A DNA stretch of 49,194 nt, the filler included, from Candidatus Woesearchaeota archaeon (GTDB taxonomy: Archaea > Nanobdellota > Nanobdellia > Woesearchaeales > DATGWN01): the NCBI GenBank assembly GCA_047603125.1. It is 2 parts of 2 records of this genome, joined end to end, with 100 filler letters (N's around TTAATTAATTAA, not from the genome) between each part and the next. Parts side by side here need not be neighbours in the genome. Positions count along the whole stretch, not along the records: positions 24,786 to 49,194 come from JBLKOU010000015.1; 1 more part is not named here. One strand, 5' to 3'. Within the stretch, counting starts at the first letter, position 1; each line of letters begins with the position of its first letter. The translations under genes and the position numbers were made by a program. Positions 28,825 through 37,749 of this stretch are shown one piece after another. The notes under the pieces were generated by a model. That model saw only the letters and a list, made by a program, of their open reading frames with translations, was not told where the DNA came from and searched no databases.

Positions 28825-29003
28825 GTGATTGTTTTTTTGTTTATTCTTTATAAAGCTGTCACACAAGATACGTTACGAATATATCATTATGGGCATATCC
28901 ACCTGTTAGCCCAATCGTCCCACCAACACTGTACACCAGGCGGTTCAGTTGGAGGAGGATTCATTGAAGGTGAACCTGAACTGACTTGCTCATTCGAATT
29001 ACT

Positions 29004-29645
29004 CTAAGAACAAACTTCCGTATAAGTTATTAGTCGGGTACCGTCAAAATATGTCAGTTCAGGTTTTGGCTGACAGGGACCACCAGTTTCCCAAAGACAC
29101 CCTTCAAATTGGCGACACTCTTCATAAGTTGTCAAGTCAAGGCAAGCAAATGGATCTAAGTTACTAATCACACAGTCTTGAACAACCCCGTATATATTTT
29201 CCTGACCTTCGTTATGGCAAACGTCTCCTCGCCGAGTACTTCCAAAATTACTTTTTGCAGTTGAATCACACGGACCTTGAATAGTTTCATCTAATCTAAA
29301 TAAAAGTGTATCACCATTATCAGATGAATCCAATGAAATTCCTTGTTTTGCGTCTTTGAGAACTTGCATTGCTCTGTTTAAATCCATATCCTCGCCAGCA
29401 ATATTAACAAAAATCTTATCACCTGTATGAAAACGATTTCCGCTTGGGGTTACAGCTGGAGGTTGTGAAGGACTTTCATCATTCAAATACAAGTGAAAAT
29501 AATTCAATGCCGAAATCAAAGTTACATTCGCAGTTTCATTCCATTCAACATAAATCTCATCAAAATTATGTGTAGCGGTGAGTGCAAATGCTAAACTAAA
29601 GCAAGTTACTAAAAATACAATTCCGATGAGTAGTTTGTTGTTCAT
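29004..29645 (-). CDS. Cys-rich secreted protein; possibly extends through TAG to 28887
   Basis: Signal peptide MNNKLLIGIVFLV, GAGGTG SD, ATGA-coupled to the upstream gene. Confidence 0.75.
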   Translation of the reverse strand: MNNKLLIGIVFLVTCFSLAFALTATHNFDEIYVEWNETANVTLISALNYFHLYLNDESPSQPPAVTPSGNRFHTGDKIFVNIAGEDMDLNRAMQVLKDAKQGISLDSSDNGDTLLFRLDETIQGPCDSTAKSNFGSTRRGDVCHNEGQENIYGVVQDCVISNLDPFACLDLTTYEECRQFEGCLWETGGPCQPKPELTYFDGTRLITYTEVCS

Positions 29646-30370
29646 GTACACCTCACAGTAGCATGCCAAGGGTTCGAACCAAATCTGCTAGTACAACCAT
29701 TGCGACAAAACCAACCCGCATACCCTAGACCTTCAAAATAGGCAATAACATTGTTTGCAGGCCACTGATTATTAGGACTGTTTATCCAAATTCCCTGATC
29801 TTCTCCATAAGTCGAACTTCTAATAGTTGTGCCCATCTCTTGAGCTCGAGTCTTTCCGTCCCTAAAACGTTGTTCTGCCGAATATCCTGCTAATTGAGTA
29901 TTAGTTACTACATTACTAGTTTGTCTCGCGGCATTTGCAGGTTCAAGACGTACTCCATAAGGATTCTGACAAATACGAGGATCGCCTGTAGATAAAACCG
30001 TATCAACAGGCGCGATATGAGGATGCTCACATAAATCAGTTTCACCACCATGTAATCCAAGACATTCGATTGTATAAGGATTTATTTCATTCCTTTGCCC
30101 TTGAGTACAGCCACCAAACGTACTTGCACAAACCCCATCAACAGGATCAGGAATAGCATTTTCCAACAACTCATCATACAAATAATTCAACACGTGATTC
30201 AAATTACGATCATCTTGAAGGACAGCACTACCTTTGTGACCCGATAAAACCGAACCTTGATAATCATCCACGTCAGTCTCAGGAACAGAACTCATCCAGC
30301 TCATACCACCAGCTGCAAAAACCCCAGCTATCAAAAAAACAACACCGAAAATAATCAAGCCCGAACGCAT
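29642..30370 (-). CDS. Cys/Gly-rich secreted protein
   Basis: Signal peptide, several Cys, 242 aa. Confidence 0.8.
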   Translation of the reverse strand: MRSGLIIFGVVFLIAGVFAAGGMSWMSSVPETDVDDYQGSVLSGHKGSAVLQDDRNLNHVLNYLYDELLENAIPDPVDGVCASTFGGCTQGQRNEINPYTIECLGLHGGETDLCEHPHIAPVDTVLSTGDPRICQNPYGVRLEPANAARQTSNVVTNTQLAGYSAEQRFRDGKTRAQEMGTTIRSSTYGEDQGIWINSPNNQWPANNVIAYFEGLGYAGWFCRNGCTSRFGSNPWHATVRCT

Positions 30371-30403
30371 AAGAAAAACTAGGGCAGTTGCCCTTTAAAA
30401 ATA

Positions 30404-30868
30404 TTAATGTTCTTTACCAAAAATATGGCGCTCCAAATTCAATTTTTTCCCTCCACCTGAAAATAGTAAGGACAAATTAACCATAAAGAGTGCAAATACA
30501 GGAACAAAATTACCCCAACCAGCACCTTCCGAGGAAGCAACGCCTAAAATTGCAGCAATATCACCAGTATGAACTGTAACAATTGCAACAAGAAGCGTCA
30601 AGCTAATAGCTAATGCACCCCAGCGCGTAAAGAGACCGAGTACTATCAGCAATGCGCCTCCAAACTCAAAAAGTGTTGCTAGAAAGCCAAAAAACACAGG
30701 GGCTACGCCAATATTGCTGCCAAGCCATGCCCATGTTTCAGGACCACCAGTGACTTTGTTCCATCCAAAATGAAATAAAAACACTACTCCTACTAGTAAG
30801 CGGAGTATGAAGATGTTATAATCTGAGATATCAGACATAAATTTCGATAAACCAGTATTTTTTTTCAT
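30404..30868 (-). CDS. DoxX-family membrane protein
   Basis: LRLLVG..F..FGWNKV, EFGG.LL.LGLFTR.A, AI.TVH; GGTGA SD. Confidence 0.9.
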   Translation of the reverse strand: MKKNTGLSKFMSDISDYNIFILRLLVGVVFLFHFGWNKVTGGPETWAWLGSNIGVAPVFFGFLATLFEFGGALLIVLGLFTRWGALAISLTLLVAIVTVHTGDIAAILGVASSEGAGWGNFVPVFALFMVNLSLLFSGGGKKLNLERHIFGKEH

Positions 30869-31011
30869 GGAGTCACCAACAACATTCTCATTTAAAATAT
30901 TTACGAAAAACGAAACTACCTCAAATAATGGTTTCTTCACACCCCTTTTTAAAACCCAAAGAAACATTTAAATAGAAGATACCATTCTAACATAGTGACG
31001 AGGTTGACATT

Positions 31012-32178
31012 ATGAAAATTGTATATCTTTTTGCCATTGCCCTTCTCGTAAGCGCGTGTGCAACCATACCAGAACTAGAACAAAATCAAACAACAAATCT
31101 TACGGATGATTTTTTTACACCCATACCGTCTGAGCCAATTGAACTGCCGCGACCAACTGAACCGGCACTAAATCAAACACCACAGGAATATATCCCTACA
31201 TTTGATGAGGGCGAACTCATAGAAATTGCAAAGGAAAATATCATTGATCCCGATGGTGATGAGTTAACTATCACATTTACAGAACCATTTAATCAAACAG
31301 GTCAGTGGCAAACACAAGTTGGAGATGCAGGAACTTATACAGTTACTATTACTGCAAGCGACGGTGTATTAAGCACAACAAGAACGGTTACATTTCGTGT
31401 AAACCCCGTTAATTTACCACCTCAAATCACAGTTCCAGAAACAATTACTGTGCAAGAAGGTGAACGAGTATCCTTGCGACCACAAGTTTTTGATCCAGAT
31501 GGAGACCAAGTACAAGTAACATATTCAGGGTGGATTAGCACCGACACATACCAAACACAATTTGGTGATGCAGGAAATCATACAGTTACAATAACAGCGA
31601 CTGATGGATTTCACACTGTCCAAGAAAATGTCACTATACAAGTTCTTCGCGTGAACAGACCGCCAGTACTCCAAGTACCAGAAACAATTATCGTTGATGA
31701 GGGCGATATTGCCATTATCGAAGCAACAGCAGTTGACCCTGATGGAGACCAAGTAAATATTAGCTTTGGAAGTCCATTTAATCAAACTGGATTCTGGCAA
31801 ACACAGCGGGGTGACGCAGGAAGATACCGAGTACAAGTAAGCGCAACTGATGGTGAGAATATTGTCACACAACCAGTCGTTGTTGAAGTTGCTGCCGTGA
31901 ACCTACCTCCAGTTATTGAAGCGCGCGATGTCTTTGCACGTGAAAATGAAACGGTCGTACTTGATTACAATGTAACTGACCCTGATGGTGATGAAGTAAC
32001 AGTCACAATCTCAGGATGGATGGACAGCGACACAAAACAAACAACATTTGGTGATGCAGGAAATCATTCGGTAACAATAACGGCAAGCGATGGTCAACTC
32101 AGTGCAGAACAGACAATTACTGTGCATGTTGAGCAGGTGAACAGACCACCACAATTTGTCGGCGACATTTTCCGTTAA
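31012..32178 (+). CDS. Lipoprotein with four cadherin/Ig-like repeats
   Basis: Lipobox LVSAC, four DPDGD...VTITA(S/T)DG...N(L/R)PP repeats. Confidence 0.85.
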   Translation: MKIVYLFAIALLVSACATIPELEQNQTTNLTDDFFTPIPSEPIELPRPTEPALNQTPQEYIPTFDEGELIEIAKENIIDPDGDELTITFTEPFNQTGQWQTQVGDAGTYTVTITASDGVLSTTRTVTFRVNPVNLPPQITVPETITVQEGERVSLRPQVFDPDGDQVQVTYSGWISTDTYQTQFGDAGNHTVTITATDGFHTVQENVTIQVLRVNRPPVLQVPETIIVDEGDIAIIEATAVDPDGDQVNISFGSPFNQTGFWQTQRGDAGRYRVQVSATDGENIVTQPVVVEVAAVNLPPVIEARDVFARENETVVLDYNVTDPDGDEVTVTISGWMDSDTKQTTFGDAGNHSVTITASDGQLSAEQTITVHVEQVNRPPQFVGDIFR

Positions 32179-33128
32179 ATGAGTCGATAATACTCTTGCA
32201 CAAAGGCTTGTGCAAGTGTTTTATTTTTTATTATCAAAATATTTTCATTATTTCTTGTATCAGCATTTTGAGAAGGATTCATAGAACCAGCAATAATTGT
32301 TTTCTCATCTATAACAAACACTTTATGATGCATTGAACCTCGAGGTATTGACTTTCGAATAACTGATATGTTTTGCAATAAAAAGGGATCAAACTGACTA
32401 TATTGACTCACAAGGCGCGTATCCATTATTCCCTGAACCCGAACACCATTATAGGATTGAATAATAAGTTCATTTCCTATTTCATTATGAGTAAAGGCAA
32501 ATGTCAAAAAATAAATCGATTCAGTTGCTTGGCGCAAATGACCAATAATTTGACGAGCACAGGAATCTTGGGGACAAAAATACACTTCAACAGGCGTCAT
32601 TGCCACCTCAGTCTGTGTTATTTGCGTAGGAGCAATATTTGTAAAATTTCCAGCATACAAATTCAAAAATGCATCCATATATATGCGAGACAATGATTCT
32701 GATTCAAAAAACACAATATTATTTGCACTAATGTGAAAACTCGTATGAGTCGGATTTGCAGAGCCACTAAAACCACGCTTTTGATCAATAATGCAAAATT
32801 TATGATGCATGTACGCCGAACGAGTGTCCGGTCGTAAATACGGACGATCAAAGACATAGGCGCGATCAATAATGACTTTTACAATAACACCATCCGCAGA
32901 CTTTGCATCAAATAAATCAATAAGAGGTTGATAACTAAATTCATAAAACGCACAGAGTATAGAAGAATTTGCCTGCTCAACCATGAAAAATAATTCATCC
33001 TTACAGTCCGGGCACATCAAAACAGAGAGTGATTCTTGAGAAAAGACAACTTTCTCATCAACACTTGAAAACCCCCAGAAAAAAAGAATCATTGCTACAA
33101 ATAAAAAGAAAATACAATCCCATCTCAT
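32175..33128 (-). CDS. Phospholipase D / Nuc-like nuclease with two HKD motifs
   Basis: MHHKFCIID..GSAN and MHHKVFVID..GSMN; N-terminal TM. Confidence 0.92.
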   Translation of the reverse strand: MRWDCIFFLFVAMILFFWGFSSVDEKVVFSQESLSVLMCPDCKDELFFMVEQANSSILCAFYEFSYQPLIDLFDAKSADGVIVKVIIDRAYVFDRPYLRPDTRSAYMHHKFCIIDQKRGFSGSANPTHTSFHISANNIVFFESESLSRIYMDAFLNLYAGNFTNIAPTQITQTEVAMTPVEVYFCPQDSCARQIIGHLRQATESIYFLTFAFTHNEIGNELIIQSYNGVRVQGIMDTRLVSQYSQFDPFLLQNISVIRKSIPRGSMHHKVFVIDEKTIIAGSMNPSQNADTRNNENILIIKNKTLAQAFVQEYYRLI

Positions 33129-33877
33129 AAAAACACCCGATGAAAATTTTGTGCAAGCATATTTGCAACTTCTCCTTCATCGAGTTGTTTTATTTTTGCT
33201 ATGGTTTTTACTGTAAAAGCGATTGTGGCAGGCTCGTTTTTCTTTCCTTTTTCAAAATGTAAATATGGCGAATCCGTCTCCAAAAACATCCGTGAGACCG
33301 GAACTAATTGAATCAATTGTTGAAATTGTTGATCAGTATATGCTTTTGATGGTATGGAAAAAAAGATAAGTGGATTTTTCAACGCTTCTTTCACCAAAGT
33401 TTGCTTGCCACAAAAACAATGCAATATCGCAGGCGTTTTTGCATGCGCATGTACCATGTCAATCACATCTTGCTCAGCATTTCTCGAATGAATAATTGTT
33501 GGTTTTTCAATGTCCTTTGCAAGTTCGAGTTGTTTTTGAAAATAGATTTTTTGTTTTTCTCGGCCTTGAGAATCCTTAGTCCATTTATAATCCAATCCGA
33601 TTTCACCAACTGCCAAAATAGTCTTTGCATGCTCACGCACAAAATCAAGCATTTGTGTTAATTGTTCAGCTGAAGAGTCAACAACCGTATCCGGATAAAT
33701 ACCAAGTGCACTTTTACAAATATCATATGTTTTTTCCAAGAAAAGCACTTGTTTCATAGATTCCAAGTCAGTTGCATTACTAATAATTAAACCAACGCCG
33801 GCTTCTTTTGCGCGAGTAATTATACCCTCAACATCTTGACAAATATCCAAATGTGCATGTACATCAGTCAGTTTCAT
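33125..33877 (-). CDS. tatD: TatD-family nuclease
   Basis: DVHAHLD, GEIGLDY, IHSR, LHCF, LETDSPY. Confidence 0.95.
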   Translation of the reverse strand: MKLTDVHAHLDICQDVEGIITRAKEAGVGLIISNATDLESMKQVLFLEKTYDICKSALGIYPDTVVDSSAEQLTQMLDFVREHAKTILAVGEIGLDYKWTKDSQGREKQKIYFQKQLELAKDIEKPTIIHSRNAEQDVIDMVHAHAKTPAILHCFCGKQTLVKEALKNPLIFFSIPSKAYTDQQFQQLIQLVPVSRMFLETDSPYLHFEKGKKNEPATIAFTVKTIAKIKQLDEGEVANMLAQNFHRVFL

Positions 33878-34821
33878 GTTCTTTTTACCAGTTTGCAAAC
33901 AAAGAACCCTTCCGTATTATTATCTTGGGGCCATATACGTAAACATTGAGAAACGCGCGAATCATAGACCTCACCTTCAAATTCTGTAATGGGCTCACTG
34001 CGTTTTATTTGCAAATCAATTGGTGCGACATCCATATCCTCGTACTTTTGTAAAAATTGACTTATAACACCCTCATTTTCTTGTGGCTCCAATGTACAAG
34101 TCGAATACACAATAACACCACCCGGTTCAAGATGTCGATAGGCTTTTTCTAAAATACGTAGCTGTGTTCTTGCAAGTCGAACGATCATCCCGGGGTTCCA
34201 CATCATCAATGTCTTTGGCGATTTTCGAATCGTCCCCGTCCCTGAACAAGGCGCATCAACAAGAATTTTCGTAAAAAATAATGAACGGTTCAGTCTATTT
34301 GCATCATTATGTGAAATTAAAACATTTTTACAACCCATACGCTGCACATTAATACCAAGAGCTGCAATTCGCGAACCAACATATTCATTTGCAATAATTA
34401 ACCCTTCGTTTTGCATCATCTGTGCCATTTGTGTTGTTTTTGAACCAGGAGCAGCGCACATATCAAGTACGCGATCCTCACTTGTTGGCTGCAAAACTAA
34501 CGGAGGAATGGCACTTGCCGGATCTTGCACATAAATATATCCTTGCGCATGCTCAAGCAAATTTCCAACGTCTCTTCGCGAATCATGCTCAATCCAAAAA
34601 TGCTCCAAAGACCACGGAACCGGCGTCAATTTCCAATCTCCAAGACGAGATACGAGCTTTTGAACAGAAATCTTCAGCGTGTTGACACGAATTCCCCTGC
34701 GATTAAACGCAAGCGAGTACTCAAGAAATTTCTCATAGGAATCACCCAAAAGTTCACGATAACGCTTTTCAAACTTAGGCTTGACTATAATTTTTTCTTT
34801 ATTATGAAACGGTTCGAGCAT
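33874..34821 (-). CDS. RsmB/NOP2-family RNA m5C methyltransferase
   Basis: IRVNTLK, DMCAAPGSKT, DAPCSG, YSTCT, ENE, EGFFV. Confidence 0.95.
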   Translation of the reverse strand: MLEPFHNKEKIIVKPKFEKRYRELLGDSYEKFLEYSLAFNRRGIRVNTLKISVQKLVSRLGDWKLTPVPWSLEHFWIEHDSRRDVGNLLEHAQGYIYVQDPASAIPPLVLQPTSEDRVLDMCAAPGSKTTQMAQMMQNEGLIIANEYVGSRIAALGINVQRMGCKNVLISHNDANRLNRSLFFTKILVDAPCSGTGTIRKSPKTLMMWNPGMIVRLARTQLRILEKAYRHLEPGGVIVYSTCTLEPQENEGVISQFLQKYEDMDVAPIDLQIKRSEPITEFEGEVYDSRVSQCLRIWPQDNNTEGFFVCKLVKRT

Positions 34822-34931
34822 AATAAGAGAAAAAGATGACTCGTTTAAAAGATTTGCCATAAACAAATCAAAAAATCTTCAATACTCCTCAACAGAAGGG
34901 GTTTTTAAAGAAAAGTGTTTAATTATTGTCA

Positions 34932-35083
34932 CAAACACTATTGCCTTGGTGCGAAATCAGAAATCGAGTGATTGTTGAACAATATCTTTGTTCAACATCG
35001 TTGGAAAATGACTTTTCCAACGTTTTATGCAGCGAAGATTTCGTATTTAGACAACCGTCCTAATATCACCGCAATAGTGTTTG
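34932..35083. ncRNA. CTT-bulge three-way-junction element, copy B
   Basis: CAAACACTATTGC-CTT-GGTG ... AT-CACC-GCAATAGTGTTTG with two perfect 10-bp internal hairpins. Confidence 0.7.
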
Positions 35084-35101
35084 CAGGTAATAAAACGAAA
35101 T

Positions 35102-35401
35102 TCAAACATTTTCTTTTAAAGAAGGTTTTTCAAACGTTTCAAGATATTTTGTAAAATGCACCAAACAGTCATGACCACAAAATGAAGCCTTCTTTTTAAA
35201 ATCCTCAGGGCCGAAAACTAATGTATATGTTTTTGGACTTGCACAAACAAATGCACCACAAGTTGCACACACACTTTTGCTTTGCAATTCAATGAGCTGT
35301 TTTTGTTTTATAAGCAACGTAGCAAGCTCTCCAGTTTTTTGTAGTTGTTCAAGTTGTTGTAATTGTTCATAGGGTAATTGTTTAATCCAGTTTTTTATCA
35401 T
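35102..35401 (-). CDS. Small protein with TRASH/MYM-like Cys4 metal-binding motif
   Basis: CATC...FCGHDC; SD-like sequence before MIKNW. Confidence 0.7.
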   Translation of the reverse strand: MIKNWIKQLPYEQLQQLEQLQKTGELATLLIKQKQLIELQSKSVCATCGAFVCASPKTYTLVFGPEDFKKKASFCGHDCLVHFTKYLETFEKPSLKENV

Positions 35402-35483
35402 GTTCACACACCTTTCATACCTCCGATGCCCCCATGTTAAAAACATAGGGGCTGGAGGCAAAACAGTTTTTCGCCAAGTTTGA

Positions 35484-36050
35484 TTAGTGAATTCTTGTTA
35501 GCCTCTTGAATTGTTTGAGATCGTCTCTAGCAACAAACCTCGTATCAATCGCATACGTTTGATCTTTGTATGGAAGATGAATCAGTTTTGGAGGTAAGGG
35601 CTTTTTCTCATTTGAAATAATAATTCGACAAACCGCATCCCCATACTCTACAAGGTAAATCTCATTTTCCTGTGTAAATAATCCTGCGTAACGATAATAA
35701 AAAGCAATGAGTGGCCCCTGCACTAACTTTGGCAATTGCCAAATTCGCGCAATGACTTGCTTGTCGATATCAAAATCAAAATAACTCCGGTATTGAATGA
35801 GCTTACTTGCCGCACTCACAAAAAACACATCCTTAGTCAATTGATAGAGAAGACGAGGCTTTCCCGCTTTTGAATTTGAAACGCGGCGTTTTTGCACAAT
35901 ACCGCTTGCTTCAAGTAAACGAAGCTGCATGGAAATATGCGCAACCGAGGTTTTTAATTGAGCAGATAATTCAGTCGGACTCGATTCATTTTTTGCTAAG
36001 CGTGCAATAATATCCCACTTTGTATCCGAAACAACCATCTGCGCTTCCAT
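35484..36050 (-). CDS. ArsR-like wHTH transcriptional regulator
   Basis: TKWDIIARL..SPTELS..L.TSVAHIS.QL.LLEASGIV, GKPRLLY. Confidence 0.85.
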   Translation of the reverse strand: MEAQMVVSDTKWDIIARLAKNESSPTELSAQLKTSVAHISMQLRLLEASGIVQKRRVSNSKAGKPRLLYQLTKDVFFVSAASKLIQYRSYFDFDIDKQVIARIWQLPKLVQGPLIAFYYRYAGLFTQENEIYLVEYGDAVCRIIISNEKKPLPPKLIHLPYKDQTYAIDTRFVARDDLKQFKRLTRIH

Positions 36051-36087
36051 AAAGAAAAATATGCAACCACTTATATTTAAATGTTTT

Positions 36088-36122
36088 GTTAACTACGTGA
36101 ATTATATAATAATGTAGTTAAC
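36088..36122. promoter_or_regulatory. Inverted repeat, putative operator
   Basis: GTTAACTAC-N17-GTAGTTAAC just upstream of the TATA box of the ArsR-like gene. Confidence 0.5.
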
Positions 36123-36172
36123 TAATTACTTAAATACTAAGTCTAAGAGCTGTTTTTTTCTGAATTAAATCA

Positions 36173-36209
36173 AAAAGAGCACGCAGATCTAACTGCAAGG
36201 TGCTCTTTT
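36173..36209. repeat. Miniature CTT-bulge element (copy D, inverted orientation)
   Basis: Reverse complement AAAAGAGCAC-CTT-GCAG-TTAG-AT-CTGC-GTGCTCTTTT equals the ends of copy A. Confidence 0.8.
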
Positions 36210-36222
36210 CTTAAATAAAATC

Positions 36223-36609
36223 TCAAGAATCGTCTAAATCATCAAAAGGTTTCTCACTTTCACTCTTCCAATACACGTTGTAATTTTTTAAATCACTCTT
36301 TAATTTTGAAAAATTGCCCTCAAACTTCACACATCGATCATCAATATAGACTATCGAAGGATATTTTGTACGAGTCACTTCAAGTTTTGGAAAGTGAAAT
36401 TTTTCAAGCCAACGTACAATTAATTCTGGTTCACGCGCACTAAAAACAACGGGCGTATATCCCGACTCAAGTAAATGCAAAACGAATTCTTTTGCTCCCG
36501 CAAGAGGTTCTCCTAACACGTCTTCTCCTTTCCAACCATCATAATGGGAAAGTACACCATCAAGATCAATAGAAACTATTTTTTCTTTGTGCCAATCGCG
36601 AGTCGTCAT
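36223..36609 (-). CDS. Small capless HAD-superfamily phosphatase (phage-like)
   Basis: IDLDGVL, VFSAR, KYP..YIDDR; start MTTRDW. Confidence 0.82.
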   Translation of the reverse strand: MTTRDWHKEKIVSIDLDGVLSHYDGWKGEDVLGEPLAGAKEFVLHLLESGYTPVVFSAREPELIVRWLEKFHFPKLEVTRTKYPSIVYIDDRCVKFEGNFSKLKSDLKNYNVYWKSESEKPFDDLDDS

Positions 36610-36611
36610 AG

Positions 36612-36804
36612 AAATAACAAAAGTTCGCTGCTCGAAGCTAATTGAAAAACACAAGTTTTTCAAACCCAGAAAACTAGAAAGTTTTCTAGGTATCCCCGCC
36701 CTGAAGGGACGGGGTATTACGCTTCTCACCTAATCGCGAACTTTTGAATTGAGAGTTTGCGGACTAAAGTCCGGGGTATTATACCCGCGAAACTCTCAAT
36801 AAGA
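36612..36804. repeat. 193-bp hairpin-rich repeat, copy 2
   Basis: 5 substitutions relative to 27887-28079, same orientation. Confidence 0.9.
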
Positions 36805-36812
36805 AAAACAAC

Positions 36813-37130
36813 TTATTTTTTTAAAAGCTTCGTTAAAAGCCGCACTTCTTCAATTTGTTCTTGAGAAATATTTCGAAGATATTTGAGTTCTTGAGAATTT
36901 TCATAGATAAGAATTGTCAAATCCTCACGTATATTTTCTGCAATTGCAACGCCAATAATCATAAAAATAAGCATCAGCCACAACATGACAAATAAAATAA
37001 CTGAAGAGGTTACTCCTTCTTCTAACCCAATTATTCGATCAAGCAAAAATAACCCAAGGAGTACTACACCTAAACCCATGACCAATAATATCTTTTCAAA
37101 GACATTTGTCCGACGTGCCACCTTAACCAT
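36813..37130 (-). CDS. Two-TM membrane protein with C-terminal coiled coil
   Basis: Start MVKVA with TTTATAAA upstream. Confidence 0.75.
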   Translation of the reverse strand: MVKVARRTNVFEKILLVMGLGVVLLGLFLLDRIIGLEEGVTSSVILFVMLWLMLIFMIIGVAIAENIREDLTILIYENSQELKYLRNISQEQIEEVRLLTKLLKK

Positions 37131-37248
37131 AGTCGTATTACGGCGCATAGTATTTATAAATATGACGGAAGTTTGGATTAGGGAAATTCGTATTTTAAAT
37201 CTCAAAAAAATCACAAACTATTAATATCCCACCCCTGCCAAAAAACAC

Positions 37249-37668
37249 ATGAAAATACCAATCAAACGACTAGACAAAACACTCCCCATACCAAAACACG
37301 CAAGAGAACACGATGCAGGACTTGACATCTATGCCGCAAAAGATGTGCTTCTCAAACCACATGAACCACAAATTGTCCCAACTGGTATTCAAACCGCATT
37401 TCCTCCAGGTTTTGTCATCCACATTTGGGACAGAAGTAGCCTTGCAAAAAAAGGTGTAAAAACACTTGGCGGCGTCATAGACGCAACATATCGGGGAGAA
37501 TACATGGTTTCTATGGTGAATCTCACAAAAGAACCAATCTCAATTACAAAAGGAGATCGCATTGCACAAATGGTCATTGTCAAGCACGAAACAATTGAAT
37601 TTGAGGACGTCGATGAATTGGACGTTACAAATCGAAATCAGCACGGCTTTGGAAGCACTGGACGCTAA
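37249..37668 (+). CDS. dut: Trimeric dUTPase
   Basis: AGLD, RSS, GVIDATYRGE, RIAQ, R..GFGSTG. Confidence 0.96.
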   Translation: MKIPIKRLDKTLPIPKHAREHDAGLDIYAAKDVLLKPHEPQIVPTGIQTAFPPGFVIHIWDRSSLAKKGVKTLGGVIDATYRGEYMVSMVNLTKEPISITKGDRIAQMVIVKHETIEFEDVDELDVTNRNQHGFGSTGR

Positions 37669-37749
37669 GAAAAGTAAAATACAATATAGTACGCAAAAAA
37701 CATTGCGACAAAGACAAAAAGAATATACCAAAAAAATTGTTTCGCTGCG

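Noticed and set aside
34932..35083. Hammerhead ribozyme reading (CTGAT and CGAAA on the minus strand)
   Set aside because: No CUGANGA, and no stem I between the putative cleavage site and the core.
36610..36729. N-terminal extension of the HAD ORF, and ORF 28054-28263
   Set aside because: These are translations of the non-coding repeat elements.
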